64,000 nt of DNA from the NCBI GenBank assembly GCA_963819815.1, contig CAWFXL010000001.1, positions 1,056,001 to 1,120,000 of the forward strand, read 5' to 3'. The notes beneath the pieces were generated by a model. It saw only the letters and a program-made list of their open reading frames with translations, was not told the origin of the DNA and searched no databases. This document shows, in pieces, positions 43,684 through 54,083 of this stretch. This DNA comes from an uncultured bacterium (GTDB lineage Bacteria; Babelota; Babeliae; Babelales; Babelaceae). How positions within the stretch are numbered: the first letter of the stretch is position 1; the number at the start of each line of letters is the position of its first letter. The position numbers and the translations under genes are program-made.

Positions 43684-44679
43684 ATGAAACAACTTAGTTT
43701 ACCATTATTTCTTTTTATATTTATTTCATCCAACTTGATATCTGCAGGCTGTGGTATAAGTTATACAGATGAGCATGTGGGTCGCTTTGGTGATTGTTTA
43801 AAAACATATTGTGAAGCTCGTTGGCTAGCCTTTAAGAATAATTGGGAATTTTATTACCATCCTTTCAGTTATACTGATAAATTGGCTATGCATACCCTAT
43901 TCAAGCATAGGAAAAATCACCACTTCCCCCATGAAGTATCCATTCGCGATGTTCGGCAGATACCTGACGGATCTACCGATACTCTGTATATTGTCGATGG
44001 CTTTTTAGCAAACAATGATGTTAACTTGGAGAATCACAAATTCATGGCGCTTGTCCAAGCTGAAGTCAGCCCAGTCGTTGCCATAGAAGAAATAGCGATT
44101 CCCCAAGATCACTATGCTATCGCACTTCATGTGAGACGTGGCGGTGGCTATGATTATGCACTATATCAATCTGATACTCTTGTACATACGCAGACTAATG
44201 ATGTTCAAGCTACGACGGATGCCCAACAGAAGACCTATGATGATCAACGCTTTCCAACAAGGTTTCCTCCAGATACCTTCTTCATTGACCAACTTAAGTT
44301 CGTGGTCGAACAAGTGGATCCTAAAAAAAAGATCTACGTTCATCTTTTTACAGATGACCCTTTACCATCAGCAATCGTGGAGAAATATAGGCGGGCAATT
44401 AATGAACCAAGGGTTGTTTTTGGGTACCGCATAACTGGAAATCGCCTACATGAAAACGTGCTGGAAGACTTCTTCAACATAATGCGATTTGACTGCCTCA
44501 TTCGTTCGGCATCTCATTTTTCAGAGATGGCTGGCGCTATAGGCCGGATAAAGCTAGAAATCAAGCCGGAACAAATTAGATGGGAAGGTAGAAAGCTTAT
44601 AGTGACAACAGTGAAGGTGATAGAGCGCGATAGCAAAAATACCATGATCCAATACATTGTCACAGATAACAAGGATTGA
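43684..44679 (+). CDS. GT11 / alpha-1,2-fucosyltransferase-like protein (paralog 1)
   Basis: GRFGD, ALHVRRGG, FTDD and SHFS motifs. Confidence 0.65.
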   Translation: MKQLSLPLFLFIFISSNLISAGCGISYTDEHVGRFGDCLKTYCEARWLAFKNNWEFYYHPFSYTDKLAMHTLFKHRKNHHFPHEVSIRDVRQIPDGSTDTLYIVDGFLANNDVNLENHKFMALVQAEVSPVVAIEEIAIPQDHYAIALHVRRGGGYDYALYQSDTLVHTQTNDVQATTDAQQKTYDDQRFPTRFPPDTFFIDQLKFVVEQVDPKKKIYVHLFTDDPLPSAIVEKYRRAINEPRVVFGYRITGNRLHENVLEDFFNIMRFDCLIRSASHFSEMAGAIGRIKLEIKPEQIRWEGRKLIVTTVKVIERDSKNTMIQYIVTDNKD

Positions 44680-44710
44680 CGCATTGAATATCATGATCCT
44701 GAACTAGGGC

Positions 44711-45787
44711 ATGCAATCTTTGCCAGATCTCACAGAAAATGATTCAAAAAATTTGGAGGCAAATATGTTTTTTTTACTAAAATGGGCTATAAGAAAAATG
44801 GGCCATATGTTATCTATTAATAATCCTACCAAAAGGATGATAGTAGCCTGGTTAATATTGGTAAGCTTTTTTATGAGAGCTAACGCGCCAACAATACACG
44901 CTAACTTATACAAGAACTCCAGCAACACTCCAGACATTGTTATCAGATGGCAATACCAATATTTTTGCGATCATGTATATGATTCACAAGATAGTCATTA
45001 TTGGCCGACCCCTGAACATAAATTAGTGAAATTCAATCCAAAAAAGGTAAAGCCTGGTGATACCATTTTTATTCGTAAGATTTCTCGCTTCTTCAAAGAA
45101 ATGCACCCCAAAATTGAACATCCCTATATCGTGGTATCAGCTGGGGATAGCCAAGACCAAATTATAGATGATTATGAGGGATACCTTAATGAAGACAAGG
45201 TTATTGCATGGTTTGGAGTGCATCCAAATAAAATGGCCATGAAACATCCCAAGTTTCATCCCTTACCTCTTGGCATTATGCAAGATCATGACTTCTACGA
45301 TGAGCAAGAAGACCTAAATAATGAATTTAGAGAGTTGCGCGAAGAGGCCGAGAAAAAATATCTTATATATATGAATTTTAGCCCAGGATATGCTGATCGT
45401 AAACAGGTCAGAGAATTATTCCTAAACAAACCTTATTGCAAAACAACAGACGAAGCTTTAGGTTATTCAAGCTATTTAGAAGAAATGGCTGAATGTTACT
45501 TTGCCCTTTCACCAGAAGGCACAGGGCCCGATTGCTATAGAACATATGAAGCTCTTCTGGTAGGCTCTATTCCGATAGTAAAAAGTTCACAGCTTGATAC
45601 ATTATTTGAAGATCTTCCAGTACTCATTATTGATACTTGGGAACAGGCAGCAAATGAGAAGTTCTTAAAAGAGGCATATAAAAAAATAACTTCAAAGAAA
45701 TATAATATCGAAAAATTATATACCCATTATTGGACAAGCCAAATTCAAAAATTACAGCAAGAATTTCGCAAAAATACTGCGAAGTGA
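44711..45787 (+). CDS. Exostosin/GT47-like glycosyltransferase (paralog 2; true start probably downstream, e.g. 44837)
   Basis: FALSPEGTGPDCYRTYEALLVGSIP. Confidence 0.75.
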   Translation: MQSLPDLTENDSKNLEANMFFLLKWAIRKMGHMLSINNPTKRMIVAWLILVSFFMRANAPTIHANLYKNSSNTPDIVIRWQYQYFCDHVYDSQDSHYWPTPEHKLVKFNPKKVKPGDTIFIRKISRFFKEMHPKIEHPYIVVSAGDSQDQIIDDYEGYLNEDKVIAWFGVHPNKMAMKHPKFHPLPLGIMQDHDFYDEQEDLNNEFRELREEAEKKYLIYMNFSPGYADRKQVRELFLNKPYCKTTDEALGYSSYLEEMAECYFALSPEGTGPDCYRTYEALLVGSIPIVKSSQLDTLFEDLPVLIIDTWEQAANEKFLKEAYKKITSKKYNIEKLYTHYWTSQIQKLQQEFRKNTAK

Positions 45788-46045
45788 CATGAAGGTAGGA
45801 CAAAAAGGTATTTAAACCTTTCAATTAGAAAAAGTTGGAAATAGACCAAAACCCTAAATATTTTTTCGCTCTAACTCACATCCCAGATTGAGAGAGCTGA
45901 AAATACCACTTCACTTGAACCAGTACTTATAACGTTAATAGACTATTGCATTCTGAAACCTTTTCTTGCTAACCTGAAACTAAGGCGTTAAAACGAACGA
46001 ACAAATTATTTAATTTTGATAATGAGCTATAAAAAGGGTATCATA

Positions 46046-47044
46046 ATGAAACAACCTACTTCGAAATATGCACTTATTGGCATTCTTACTATATCTATAT
46101 TTTCAAGCATTTTCTGCACTTCAAACCGTAGTGCTGGTATCACCTACTCTTTTGGCGGGGGACGATTAGGGGATAATCTTTATACCTACGCGGAAGCTCG
46201 ATGGCTTGCTTACTCTAAGGGACTAGAATTTTATTATAGACCTTTTGAGCATTCTTCCTTTCTCAATATGCACAGAGCGCACAAGAACTATAGGGATCAT
46301 AACCATTTGAGGATAAAATCAACCACTGACATTAGCATACTAGATAGCGAACAAGTCGATAACTTATACGTCATTTCCCCTTTCATATCCAATAATCATA
46401 TTAATTGGGATGATCCGGTTTTTTATAACATGATAGAGACAGAAATTAGTCCTATAAATGATATTCCCCATTTAGAGGTACCCGCTGAACATCTTTGCAT
46501 AGGCTTACATGTTCGTCGTGGCGGCGGTTGGGATAATCCATTGAAACAGAAATCTGCTTTGATTAATTCTAAACTTGAAGATGAAGATGACAATGATACC
46601 TATGCTGATGTTCAGTACCCTAATAGGTTTCCACCAGATAGCTTTTTTATAGACCAATTAAACTATATTTTGGATCGCTTCTCTGATAGAAAGTTCTATG
46701 TTCATATTTTTTCCGATGATCCACGCCCAGACCTTATCGCTGAAAAATATCGTAAAATGCTGCCTAGCTCTAGAATTAAGTACGGTTATCGTAAAGATGA
46801 GAATAAGCACAACGCAAATGTTTTAACCGATTTTTTTATGATTTCTCAATGTGACGTAGTTATCAGAGCTGATTCATTTTTTTCTGAAATGGCCTGTCAT
46901 GTAGGTCGCGTTAAGCTTGAATTATGGCCTAATAAGTCTAGGTGGGAGAAAGATATTCTTTTGGTAACACAGATCGGAATCAAAGAAAGAGATCAAAAAA
47001 AATGGGGCACAAAAACCTATTACCTGGCAAACCCAGATGCTTAG
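46046..47044 (+). CDS. GT11 / alpha-1,2-fucosyltransferase-like protein (paralog 2)
   Basis: GGRLGDN, GLHVRRGG, FSDD and SFFS motifs. Confidence 0.65.
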   Translation: MKQPTSKYALIGILTISIFSSIFCTSNRSAGITYSFGGGRLGDNLYTYAEARWLAYSKGLEFYYRPFEHSSFLNMHRAHKNYRDHNHLRIKSTTDISILDSEQVDNLYVISPFISNNHINWDDPVFYNMIETEISPINDIPHLEVPAEHLCIGLHVRRGGGWDNPLKQKSALINSKLEDEDDNDTYADVQYPNRFPPDSFFIDQLNYILDRFSDRKFYVHIFSDDPRPDLIAEKYRKMLPSSRIKYGYRKDENKHNANVLTDFFMISQCDVVIRADSFFSEMACHVGRVKLELWPNKSRWEKDILLVTQIGIKERDQKKWGTKTYYLANPDA

Positions 47045-47367
47045 CGGTACAAAAATAGGTGAGAGCTCAAGATCTTTGTGGAAACTGAATACCTGCCATG
47101 AAGTTTTCAGAAGCATCACCTCTCTTCAAGCAACCCGGGGGGGTTGGCCATTCCAAAAGATCTAGTTGCATATGAGCTTCTTCACTCATATAGTTCACCT
47201 TATCCAGCCACGCAGAATTTGTTGGATTCAGCACATAGTTAGATAAAAAGATGACTCATTCTAATTGTGTTTCGTTATTTTCAGCGACCTTCTATTGATT
47301 ACTTATTCCTATTACGGTTAAAATAAAATTAGCGATTAGGAAATAATTTATTTTGGGAGAGGGGATC

Positions 47368-48336
47368 ATGAAGTTTTCACGATATTACACTATTGAACTT
47401 TTATTTGGAACGTTGCTATATCTACCAATCCTATTTTCGAACGGGAAGCTTGGATTGCCATTAAATGAGACACCTAAAAGAGAAGCTATCTTGAGATATA
47501 TCCCAGACACCAAAAAGCCAATATTTAACAGCCTTTCTTCTAAAAAAAGCATGTGGACCTCTGGTAAGGAAGTATCTGTATCAAAATTTGGGGTGCCAAA
47601 AATAATTCATCAAATATGGATTGGAAAAAGTCTGCCATCAATCTTAGGTAAATATATGTCAACATTTAGCATGATGAATGGATATTACTATAAACTATGG
47701 GATAATGCAGATCTTCATGAAATAAACTTTCCCAAAACATGGAAATATATCGAACCATTATTGCTAGATTCAAAAATTGTCTATGCTAAAATTGCTGACT
47801 TGATGAGATTAGAAATTTTGTATCATCATGGTGGAATATACGTTGATGCTACCATGCAGGCTTTGCAAAGCATGGATGTAATATTAGAGAGTATCGATAC
47901 TCCCTTTATGATAAGTCAGGAGGATTACTGTGGATTAGACTGCGTAGGTCAAGAAGATAAACCCTATATTTCAAGTGGATTTATTGTGAGCATTCCGGGC
48001 TACAAAGTTCTTGAAAGATTGCTTTCAGAAGAATATCTATCACAAATCGATTTTTCTGAAAAAGCAAATCTTGCCACAGGACCCTATTATGTAAGAACAG
48101 GAATTAAAGAAGCTTCTGAGGTTACTGTGTTGCCCACAGATATGATTTATCCGATTCCTTTTGCAGATCGGAACGTTGATGAATTGTATTCTGACTGGTT
48201 TTCATTTAAAGCACGCCAAGGATTTGAGCAGTATAATTATTTTGACACTCCATGCTATATAAAAATTCCCTGCCAGGCTTTTCCTCATGCAGTTACACTC
48301 AGAAACTGGAAGCTTGGTGGAAGTTGGTTGAAATAA
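47368..48336 (+). CDS. GT32 (OCH1-like DXD) glycosyltransferase
   Basis: VPKIIHQIWIG; ADLMRLEILYHHGGIYVD; TGP. Confidence 0.82.
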   Translation: MKFSRYYTIELLFGTLLYLPILFSNGKLGLPLNETPKREAILRYIPDTKKPIFNSLSSKKSMWTSGKEVSVSKFGVPKIIHQIWIGKSLPSILGKYMSTFSMMNGYYYKLWDNADLHEINFPKTWKYIEPLLLDSKIVYAKIADLMRLEILYHHGGIYVDATMQALQSMDVILESIDTPFMISQEDYCGLDCVGQEDKPYISSGFIVSIPGYKVLERLLSEEYLSQIDFSEKANLATGPYYVRTGIKEASEVTVLPTDMIYPIPFADRNVDELYSDWFSFKARQGFEQYNYFDTPCYIKIPCQAFPHAVTLRNWKLGGSWLK

Positions 48337-48424
48337 TGACCCTTTTGAGCCCCCTAGATTTTTCCAAGCGCAAGCCCTGTTTATAGAGAAAAAGGACATT
48401 TACACAAAAATTTCTTACAAACCC

Positions 48425-49127
48425 TGTGACTGCAAAGCGAAAATGTCCCCTATTCTGCAAAGTAGAAATGTCCTCCCAACTATTGAAAACAGGCCCCCTC
48501 TTTGGGCAGATTCTGGTATCAACTTAACAAGTCCAGAATTGCAAGAAGGGGCAAAATGGAGAAACTATTTACTATGAAGCAGATATACATGTGATCGAAA
48601 TTATTAAGCAAGTGGCATTGGGAGCTCTAACACGAAAGAAGGCTGCTCAATTGTCAGGCTATGGCTTGCGTCAGATAAGCCGTAACACAGAAGAAGGCCC
48701 TAAGAGACTTATACGCGGCAACGCTGACAAGCCCAGTAACAATAAAACATCGGGCGAAGTAGAAGAAAGTATTGTTGAGATTATGTCAACTAAACTGGAA
48801 GGCTTTGATCCGACTCATGCGACTGAGATGCTTAAGCGGGAATATAACATTACTGCAAATAGAGAAACGTAAGGCAAATTATGATCCGGCATCAACTGTC
48901 CAGTTGTATACGGGTTGCGAAGTAACCGTCTGTGCTTTGATGGAACTCTATGGCTAACTTATAGTAAAAAAAGACTGTATTGTAAAGAGATAACTGAACC
49001 TAAAAAAACAGTCCGAAAGGAGCAAGTCAAAGTGGTGAGCAACATAATGTACAGGCCGCCTAAAAACCACTCCTGGCGAGAACCGGGTGTACTGAAATAA
49101 ATGGGACATTTCTACTTTGCTTTAACA
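48425..49127 (+). mobile_element. Internally deleted IS1202-family element (703 bp) with 16-bp target duplication
   Basis: TGT...ACA termini; IR core GCAAAGTAGAAATGTCC (twice at left, once at right); AATTTCTTACAAACCC at 48409-48424 and 49128-49143; transposase N-terminus (AAQLSG..RQ..FDPTHATE..RET) joined to C-terminus (PPKNHSWR). Confidence 0.9.
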
Positions 49128-49143
49128 AATTTCTTACAAACCC

Positions 49144-49173
49144 TTGAAGTATGAGAAAATATTATGCTAACTT
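49144..49173 (+). promoter_or_regulatory. Putative extended -10 promoter (18-bp spacer)
   Basis: TTGAAG-N15-TGC-TAACTT. Confidence 0.55.
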
Positions 49174-49215
49174 AACATTAAATACAAAACGGAATCTCAA
49201 AAAGGGAGAGAGTCG

Positions 49216-50079
49216 ATGAATTGTTCAAAAAAATTCTTGTTGGGAATACAACTAATTCTTCTAGGTAGTATTATCGAGAGTAATGAAATTAAGAGCAATT
49301 GCGAATTTGCAATTCTGATTCCATCATACAATAATGCAAAATTTTATGAAGAAAACCTACTTTCTGCATGTTGGCAAAAATCTACAAATCCTTACCATAT
49401 ATATTATATCAATGACTGCTCGACTGACGATACGGGCAAGCTTGTCGAAGGATTTGTTAAAAAACACCAGCTAGAAAACATTGTTACAATTATACATAAC
49501 CCAGAAAATATGGGTGCTGGTGCTAATACTTACAATACGATTCATAATTATATCTCAAACCATAAAATAGTCGTAATACTTGATGGAGATGATAAATTTG
49601 CGCACAATAATGTTCTTTTAACATTAGAGAAGTACTATAAAGATCCAGACCTTTGGCTAACTCATGGTAGAAGTACAGCATTCGGGAACGGTTATGATTA
49701 TACCCTTGGCAGTGCGATTCCAAAGGATCTTCTTCAAACACATCTCATTCGGAAACATGTCATGCCACAAATGACAGAACATCTCAGAACATTTAAAGCA
49801 GGACTATTTAAAAAGATAAATAAGGAATACTTCTATTATAATGGCAAGTTTATGAGGACTACAGCTGATACCGCTTTTATGCTTGCCATGTTGGAAATGT
49901 GTTGTCCTAAAGATGGTGCTATTGGTAAAAATCACGTTGCGTTCATAGATGAAGTTCTTTACTACTATCGCCGTAATAATCCAATAAGTGTTTACATGAT
50001 TAAACCAGCTCTACAGATGGAAATTGACGCCTATCTTAGAACATTAGAGCCTTTTCAGCCACTTGAACAGCTCGATTGA
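49216..50079 (+). CDS. GT2 glycosyltransferase (paralog 8)
   Basis: IPSYNN, INDCSTD, LDGDD and HLRTFK motifs. Confidence 0.85.
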   Translation: MNCSKKFLLGIQLILLGSIIESNEIKSNCEFAILIPSYNNAKFYEENLLSACWQKSTNPYHIYYINDCSTDDTGKLVEGFVKKHQLENIVTIIHNPENMGAGANTYNTIHNYISNHKIVVILDGDDKFAHNNVLLTLEKYYKDPDLWLTHGRSTAFGNGYDYTLGSAIPKDLLQTHLIRKHVMPQMTEHLRTFKAGLFKKINKEYFYYNGKFMRTTADTAFMLAMLEMCCPKDGAIGKNHVAFIDEVLYYYRRNNPISVYMIKPALQMEIDAYLRTLEPFQPLEQLD

Positions 50080-50249
50080 TTTCCGCCCTTATGGCGAAGC
50101 GAAGATTGTATCAAAGATTATCCATAAAAACTGGAATCGTTTGAGAGTCAAATAGAAAAAGCGGATTCCCGCCTTCTGTGAGTCAAGCTTTTTCTGATTT
50201 TATCGAGTTAGTGGCCATTGCTTGCATTTCTGGTTGTTTATCAGATTCC

Positions 50250-50390
50250 TCACCTTTTCATCTTGTTCCTCAAATCCTGCAACTCCCAAATCGTGCTATC
50301 AAGCTGAGGGCGCGCAAGATATGTTCTAGCTATATTAATAATTTCATCATAATCTAAGTTTAATCCATACAAATAAGGATCATCGCCGTA
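50250..50390 (-). pseudogene. Fragment of a sixth PP-loop paralog
   Basis: GDDPYLYGLNLDYDEIINIARTYLARPQLDSTIWELQDLRNKMKR* matches GEDPHLYGFTLDIDEMINRAKSYLERPHLYSTMWELQDLRNKMKKR of 39884..41278. Confidence 0.8.
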
Positions 50391-50399
50391 GTGAAGGCA

Positions 50400-50645
50400 T
50401 TACCCCGTTCTAGAATTACGTATGGATATACATAAAGAAGGGAATTAGCATAATGCGAATGTTTTAAACGATTTTTTCATGATTTCCCAATGTGACGCAG
50501 TTATCCGGGCTGATTCATTTTTTTCTGAAATGGCTTGTAATGTGGGTCGGGTTAGGCTCGAATTATGGCCTGATAAATCTAAATGGGAGAATGATACCCT
50601 TTTAATAACACAGATCGGCATAAAAGAACGAGATCAAAAAGATAT
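50400..50645 (+). pseudogene. 3' fragment of a third GT11-like paralog
   Basis: Colinear with ~46760..47000 (ISQCD.VIRADSFFSEMAC.VGRV.LELWP). Confidence 0.8.
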
Positions 50646-50980
50646 TACAGCTGTTCTTAGAGCAAAAAAAACAAGTAATAGCTCAAGATCTGATCTTTTT
50701 GAGAGCTTCACACTCCTATCGCGTCAGTCATGAATTTTGGATTTAACATTAGATTAAGCCAAGTATGTGCTGCTTAAAAAGGGAGCTTAAGACAGCACTC
50801 ACAATTAACCCGTGGTCTCGGTATAAAATTTCCTGTAATAAATTTACTCTGTTGAGCATCTTTGCAATTTCTGATGAGTACAGTTTGGAGTCAGCCACAA
50901 AATGCCGTTCTTACTATTTTTTAGCCCCTCCAAGAGAACAATTCTAGTGCCCCCTCGCCATATGTAACGCTGTACTTTCT

Positions 50981-51940
50981 TTATCTAAGTCTCTCCATGA
51001 GACTCCTAAACTGTCCAGCTTCTTGTGGCCAGTATTCTTTACGAACTGCATCAATGATATTGATCCAATGTTCCATGCCGAGAAGCTTTGGTGAATAGGT
51101 CCGAGTGGTCATTTCTTCATAGTGCTCCTCAAGAAACTCCTTGGTAATATCTTCCCATCTGTCTATGAATAAGACCGGAAGCCCTTCATACATGAAATCA
51201 AAGTATGAATGTTGTACTAGGGGAATGGAACCAAGAAGCACACTTTCCCACACACGATAACAATCAGGCCCAAGTCCCGGCGGCGAAAGAACGAACTTAT
51301 GCTCCGAAAGTTCTTCTATAAAAGTACCAAACTCACATCGCTCTACATACGTCACAAACGGTTTGTCCTCAAAGAGTTTACGTATACGCGTCCTTTCTGG
51401 CATACACCATTCGGTAAAATTCATATAGAGGAGTTTGTCTTTTTTCTTGTTACGAAGCATTGCAAATCGCTTATGCATTTCTCTTTTATTATCAAAAAGC
51501 TCTTTGTATTGTACAATTCCTAAGGGAAGAGGAATAATCCGCTCATGCTTAATATCACAAGGATGAATCGTAAACCATGCAAGAATTTTGCCATCCTTAA
51601 GGTACTTTACATATTTTTCTTGGAACTTATCAAGAAACTCTCCATGAGTAAGCACAAAATAGGGCACGTTGATTTTTTTGTGTTTATGATCAAAGTAATA
51701 CTCAAAGTCCCTCACAAAGACCATATCTCCCGGTTTTACGTCTTTCGGATCAAAACTTACGGGCCTATCATCTTTTGAAGGAGTTGGCCATACATGTCTT
51801 GGATCAAAATGATGGTCACAGAGCGCTTGAAAGGCCCATCTTATAACAAAGTTTTTTGAAATAGGCTCATCGTAGTGTATTCGCGATTCACACGATACAA
51901 CATAGAAAAGAGCCAACAACCCGAAAAACATTCTCTTCAT
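50981..51940 (-). CDS. Exostosin/GT47-like glycosyltransferase (paralog 3)
   Basis: FVLSPPGLGPDCYRVWESVLLGSIP. Confidence 0.75.
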   Translation of the reverse strand: MKRMFFGLLALFYVVSCESRIHYDEPISKNFVIRWAFQALCDHHFDPRHVWPTPSKDDRPVSFDPKDVKPGDMVFVRDFEYYFDHKHKKINVPYFVLTHGEFLDKFQEKYVKYLKDGKILAWFTIHPCDIKHERIIPLPLGIVQYKELFDNKREMHKRFAMLRNKKKDKLLYMNFTEWCMPERTRIRKLFEDKPFVTYVERCEFGTFIEELSEHKFVLSPPGLGPDCYRVWESVLLGSIPLVQHSYFDFMYEGLPVLFIDRWEDITKEFLEEHYEEMTTRTYSPKLLGMEHWINIIDAVRKEYWPQEAGQFRSLMERLR

Positions 51941-52908
51941 GATCTTCCTTCACGAAATTGGCGCTGCCTCTCTTTAATTTGGTCAGTCCAATGGCCAGCA
52001 TAGAGTCTCTTAATATCATATTTTTTTGAGGCAACTTTTATATAGGCTTCTTGTAAGAACTCTTGTGTTACATCATCCCATGAATCAACAATAAGTACAG
52101 GAAGTCCCTCATAAAGGGGATCAAGTTGTGACCGCTTGACCACAGGGATTGAACCAACAAGAAGCGCTTCCCAGGTTCGATAGCAATCTGGCCCAAGCCC
52201 TTCAGGCGAAAGCGTAAAACATGATTGTGCCATCTCTCTTAAATAGTCTTTAAATTCTTGCCGCTCACCATGCTTGCAATAGGGCTCATTCAAAAAGCGC
52301 TTTCTGAGCTTTTTACGTTCTGGTTTTCCATCATACGCAAAATTCATGTATACAAGATATTCTTTCTTAGTTGTGGTACGGAACCGCTTAAAATCTTTAT
52401 TAAGCCTGTCTCTATGCTTATAGAAGTACGGATCCTGAAGAATACCGATAGGAATTGGATGAAACTTGGGATGGTTCATCGCCATTTGATTAGCATGGAT
52501 ACCAAACCAGGCAATGACCTTCTTTTCATCAAGATAGCGCTTATAGTCATCAATCATTTTATCTAAGCATTCACCAGCGGAGACTACAATATAGGGATGC
52601 TTAATCTTAGGATGCATTTCCTTAAAGAACTCAGGAAACATACGAACAAAAATCGTATCCCCCGGCTTTACATCATTTGGATTAAACGTTACCCCATGCT
52701 CCTCATCTGTCGGCCAGCGCCAAATGTCGACCCTTGGATCATATACATGATCACAAAAATATTGATATTGCCATCTCATCACAAAATTAGGGGTATCACA
52801 TGCGCCATAATATAACGGGTCAATGCCAGAACATTCTTCCTTGTCTTGTCGGCCTGTTAATCCAAAATGGATCCCTACGAGTATAAGTAGTGCGATCTTT
52901 CCTTTCAT
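51937..52908 (-). CDS. Exostosin/GT47-like glycosyltransferase (paralog 4)
   Basis: FTLSPEGLGPDCYRTWEALLVGSIP. Confidence 0.75.
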   Translation of the reverse strand: MKGKIALLILVGIHFGLTGRQDKEECSGIDPLYYGACDTPNFVMRWQYQYFCDHVYDPRVDIWRWPTDEEHGVTFNPNDVKPGDTIFVRMFPEFFKEMHPKIKHPYIVVSAGECLDKMIDDYKRYLDEKKVIAWFGIHANQMAMNHPKFHPIPIGILQDPYFYKHRDRLNKDFKRFRTTTKKEYLVYMNFAYDGKPERKKLRKRFLNEPYCKHGERQEFKDYLREMAQSCFTLSPEGLGPDCYRTWEALLVGSIPVVKRSQLDPLYEGLPVLIVDSWDDVTQEFLQEAYIKVASKKYDIKRLYAGHWTDQIKERQRQFREGRS

Positions 52909-53876
52909 CCGAGCTCCTGTGTAGCCTTACGTAAGAACTCATCCCTAAGTTTGAAGATTTTTAGACTCCAATACTCTATAAAGAGCTTATCTATAGACCA
53001 TTTTTTTTGAGTAATTTCGGCATATTTTCTTTCAAGGTACTCTTCCGTAATAGTATCCCATCGATCTATAATCAAAATAGGCAAATCTGCATACAAACTA
53101 TCTAATTGTGAGGTGTGGACTATAGGGATAGACCCTACCAATAAAGCTTCCCAGGTTCGGTAGGTGTCGGGGCCATATCCTCGAGGTGAGAGAGAAAATT
53201 TGAACTCAGACATCTGTTGCATATATTCAAGAAAGGGAAGTCTGTTGGTAACTTTAAAGCAATAGTCTTTATCAGCAAAATAGTCGACGACCTCAGCCCG
53301 TTCAGGCTTCATACCTCGTAAATCACCAAAGTTACTGTAGAGAAGCTTAGTTTTTGGGGCGGCACGCAACTTTGCAAAGTGTTGAGTAAGTTCTTTTCGG
53401 GGCTCATAGAATTTTTTATCTTGATAAATCCCTAAAGGGAGCTGATGGAACTTAGGATGTGTTTCATAGCAGTCTTGATGTACAGCAAACCAAGCAATAA
53501 TCTTTTCATCATCAAGATACTTTAGATGCGCGGGAGTGACCTGGTCGCGGAATTCACCTGCGGTTATCATAATATAAGGTTCCTTAATCTTTGGGTGAAG
53601 CTTTTTCATAAACCGAAGTACATCTCGTACAAAGATAAGATCCCCCCTTTTTACCTCTTGAGGATTAAAAGTAACACCCTCAGGATCTGATGGCCAGGCA
53701 TATATATTTGTATGAGGATCATAAACGTGATGGCACAAATTCTGAAAGTGCCAACGCATAATATAATTTTCTGAATAGGTTCCCTCAAATAAAGTAGATT
53801 GTTCAGTAACCTTTGCCGCTACAGAATATACAAGTGCTACGAGCAGAAACCCCATTAGCCTGGAACCCAATATCAT
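52905..53876 (-). CDS. Exostosin/GT47-like glycosyltransferase (paralog 5)
   Basis: FSLSPRGYGPDTYRTWEALLVGSIP; GGAGG RBS before ATG 53876. Confidence 0.75.
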   Translation of the reverse strand: MILGSRLMGFLLVALVYSVAAKVTEQSTLFEGTYSENYIMRWHFQNLCHHVYDPHTNIYAWPSDPEGVTFNPQEVKRGDLIFVRDVLRFMKKLHPKIKEPYIMITAGEFRDQVTPAHLKYLDDEKIIAWFAVHQDCYETHPKFHQLPLGIYQDKKFYEPRKELTQHFAKLRAAPKTKLLYSNFGDLRGMKPERAEVVDYFADKDYCFKVTNRLPFLEYMQQMSEFKFSLSPRGYGPDTYRTWEALLVGSIPIVHTSQLDSLYADLPILIIDRWDTITEEYLERKYAEITQKKWSIDKLFIEYWSLKIFKLRDEFLRKATQELG

Positions 53877-54083
53877 AATACCTCCTTTTTTAATCAAGTA
53901 ATCCAGCAATAATCTATACTTTTTCAAAAATAGTTAGCAAGAGTTTAGAGAAATTTTTTTTGGGCGACTGCTGATGAAAGCAAGAATCCAAGAGCTCTTA
54001 TTTATATTTCCATTGTTTTTTAGCGTGCATACATGCTAAAATCCCTTTAAATACCATAAGTTCGTAAAAAAAGGTCTTTCATC

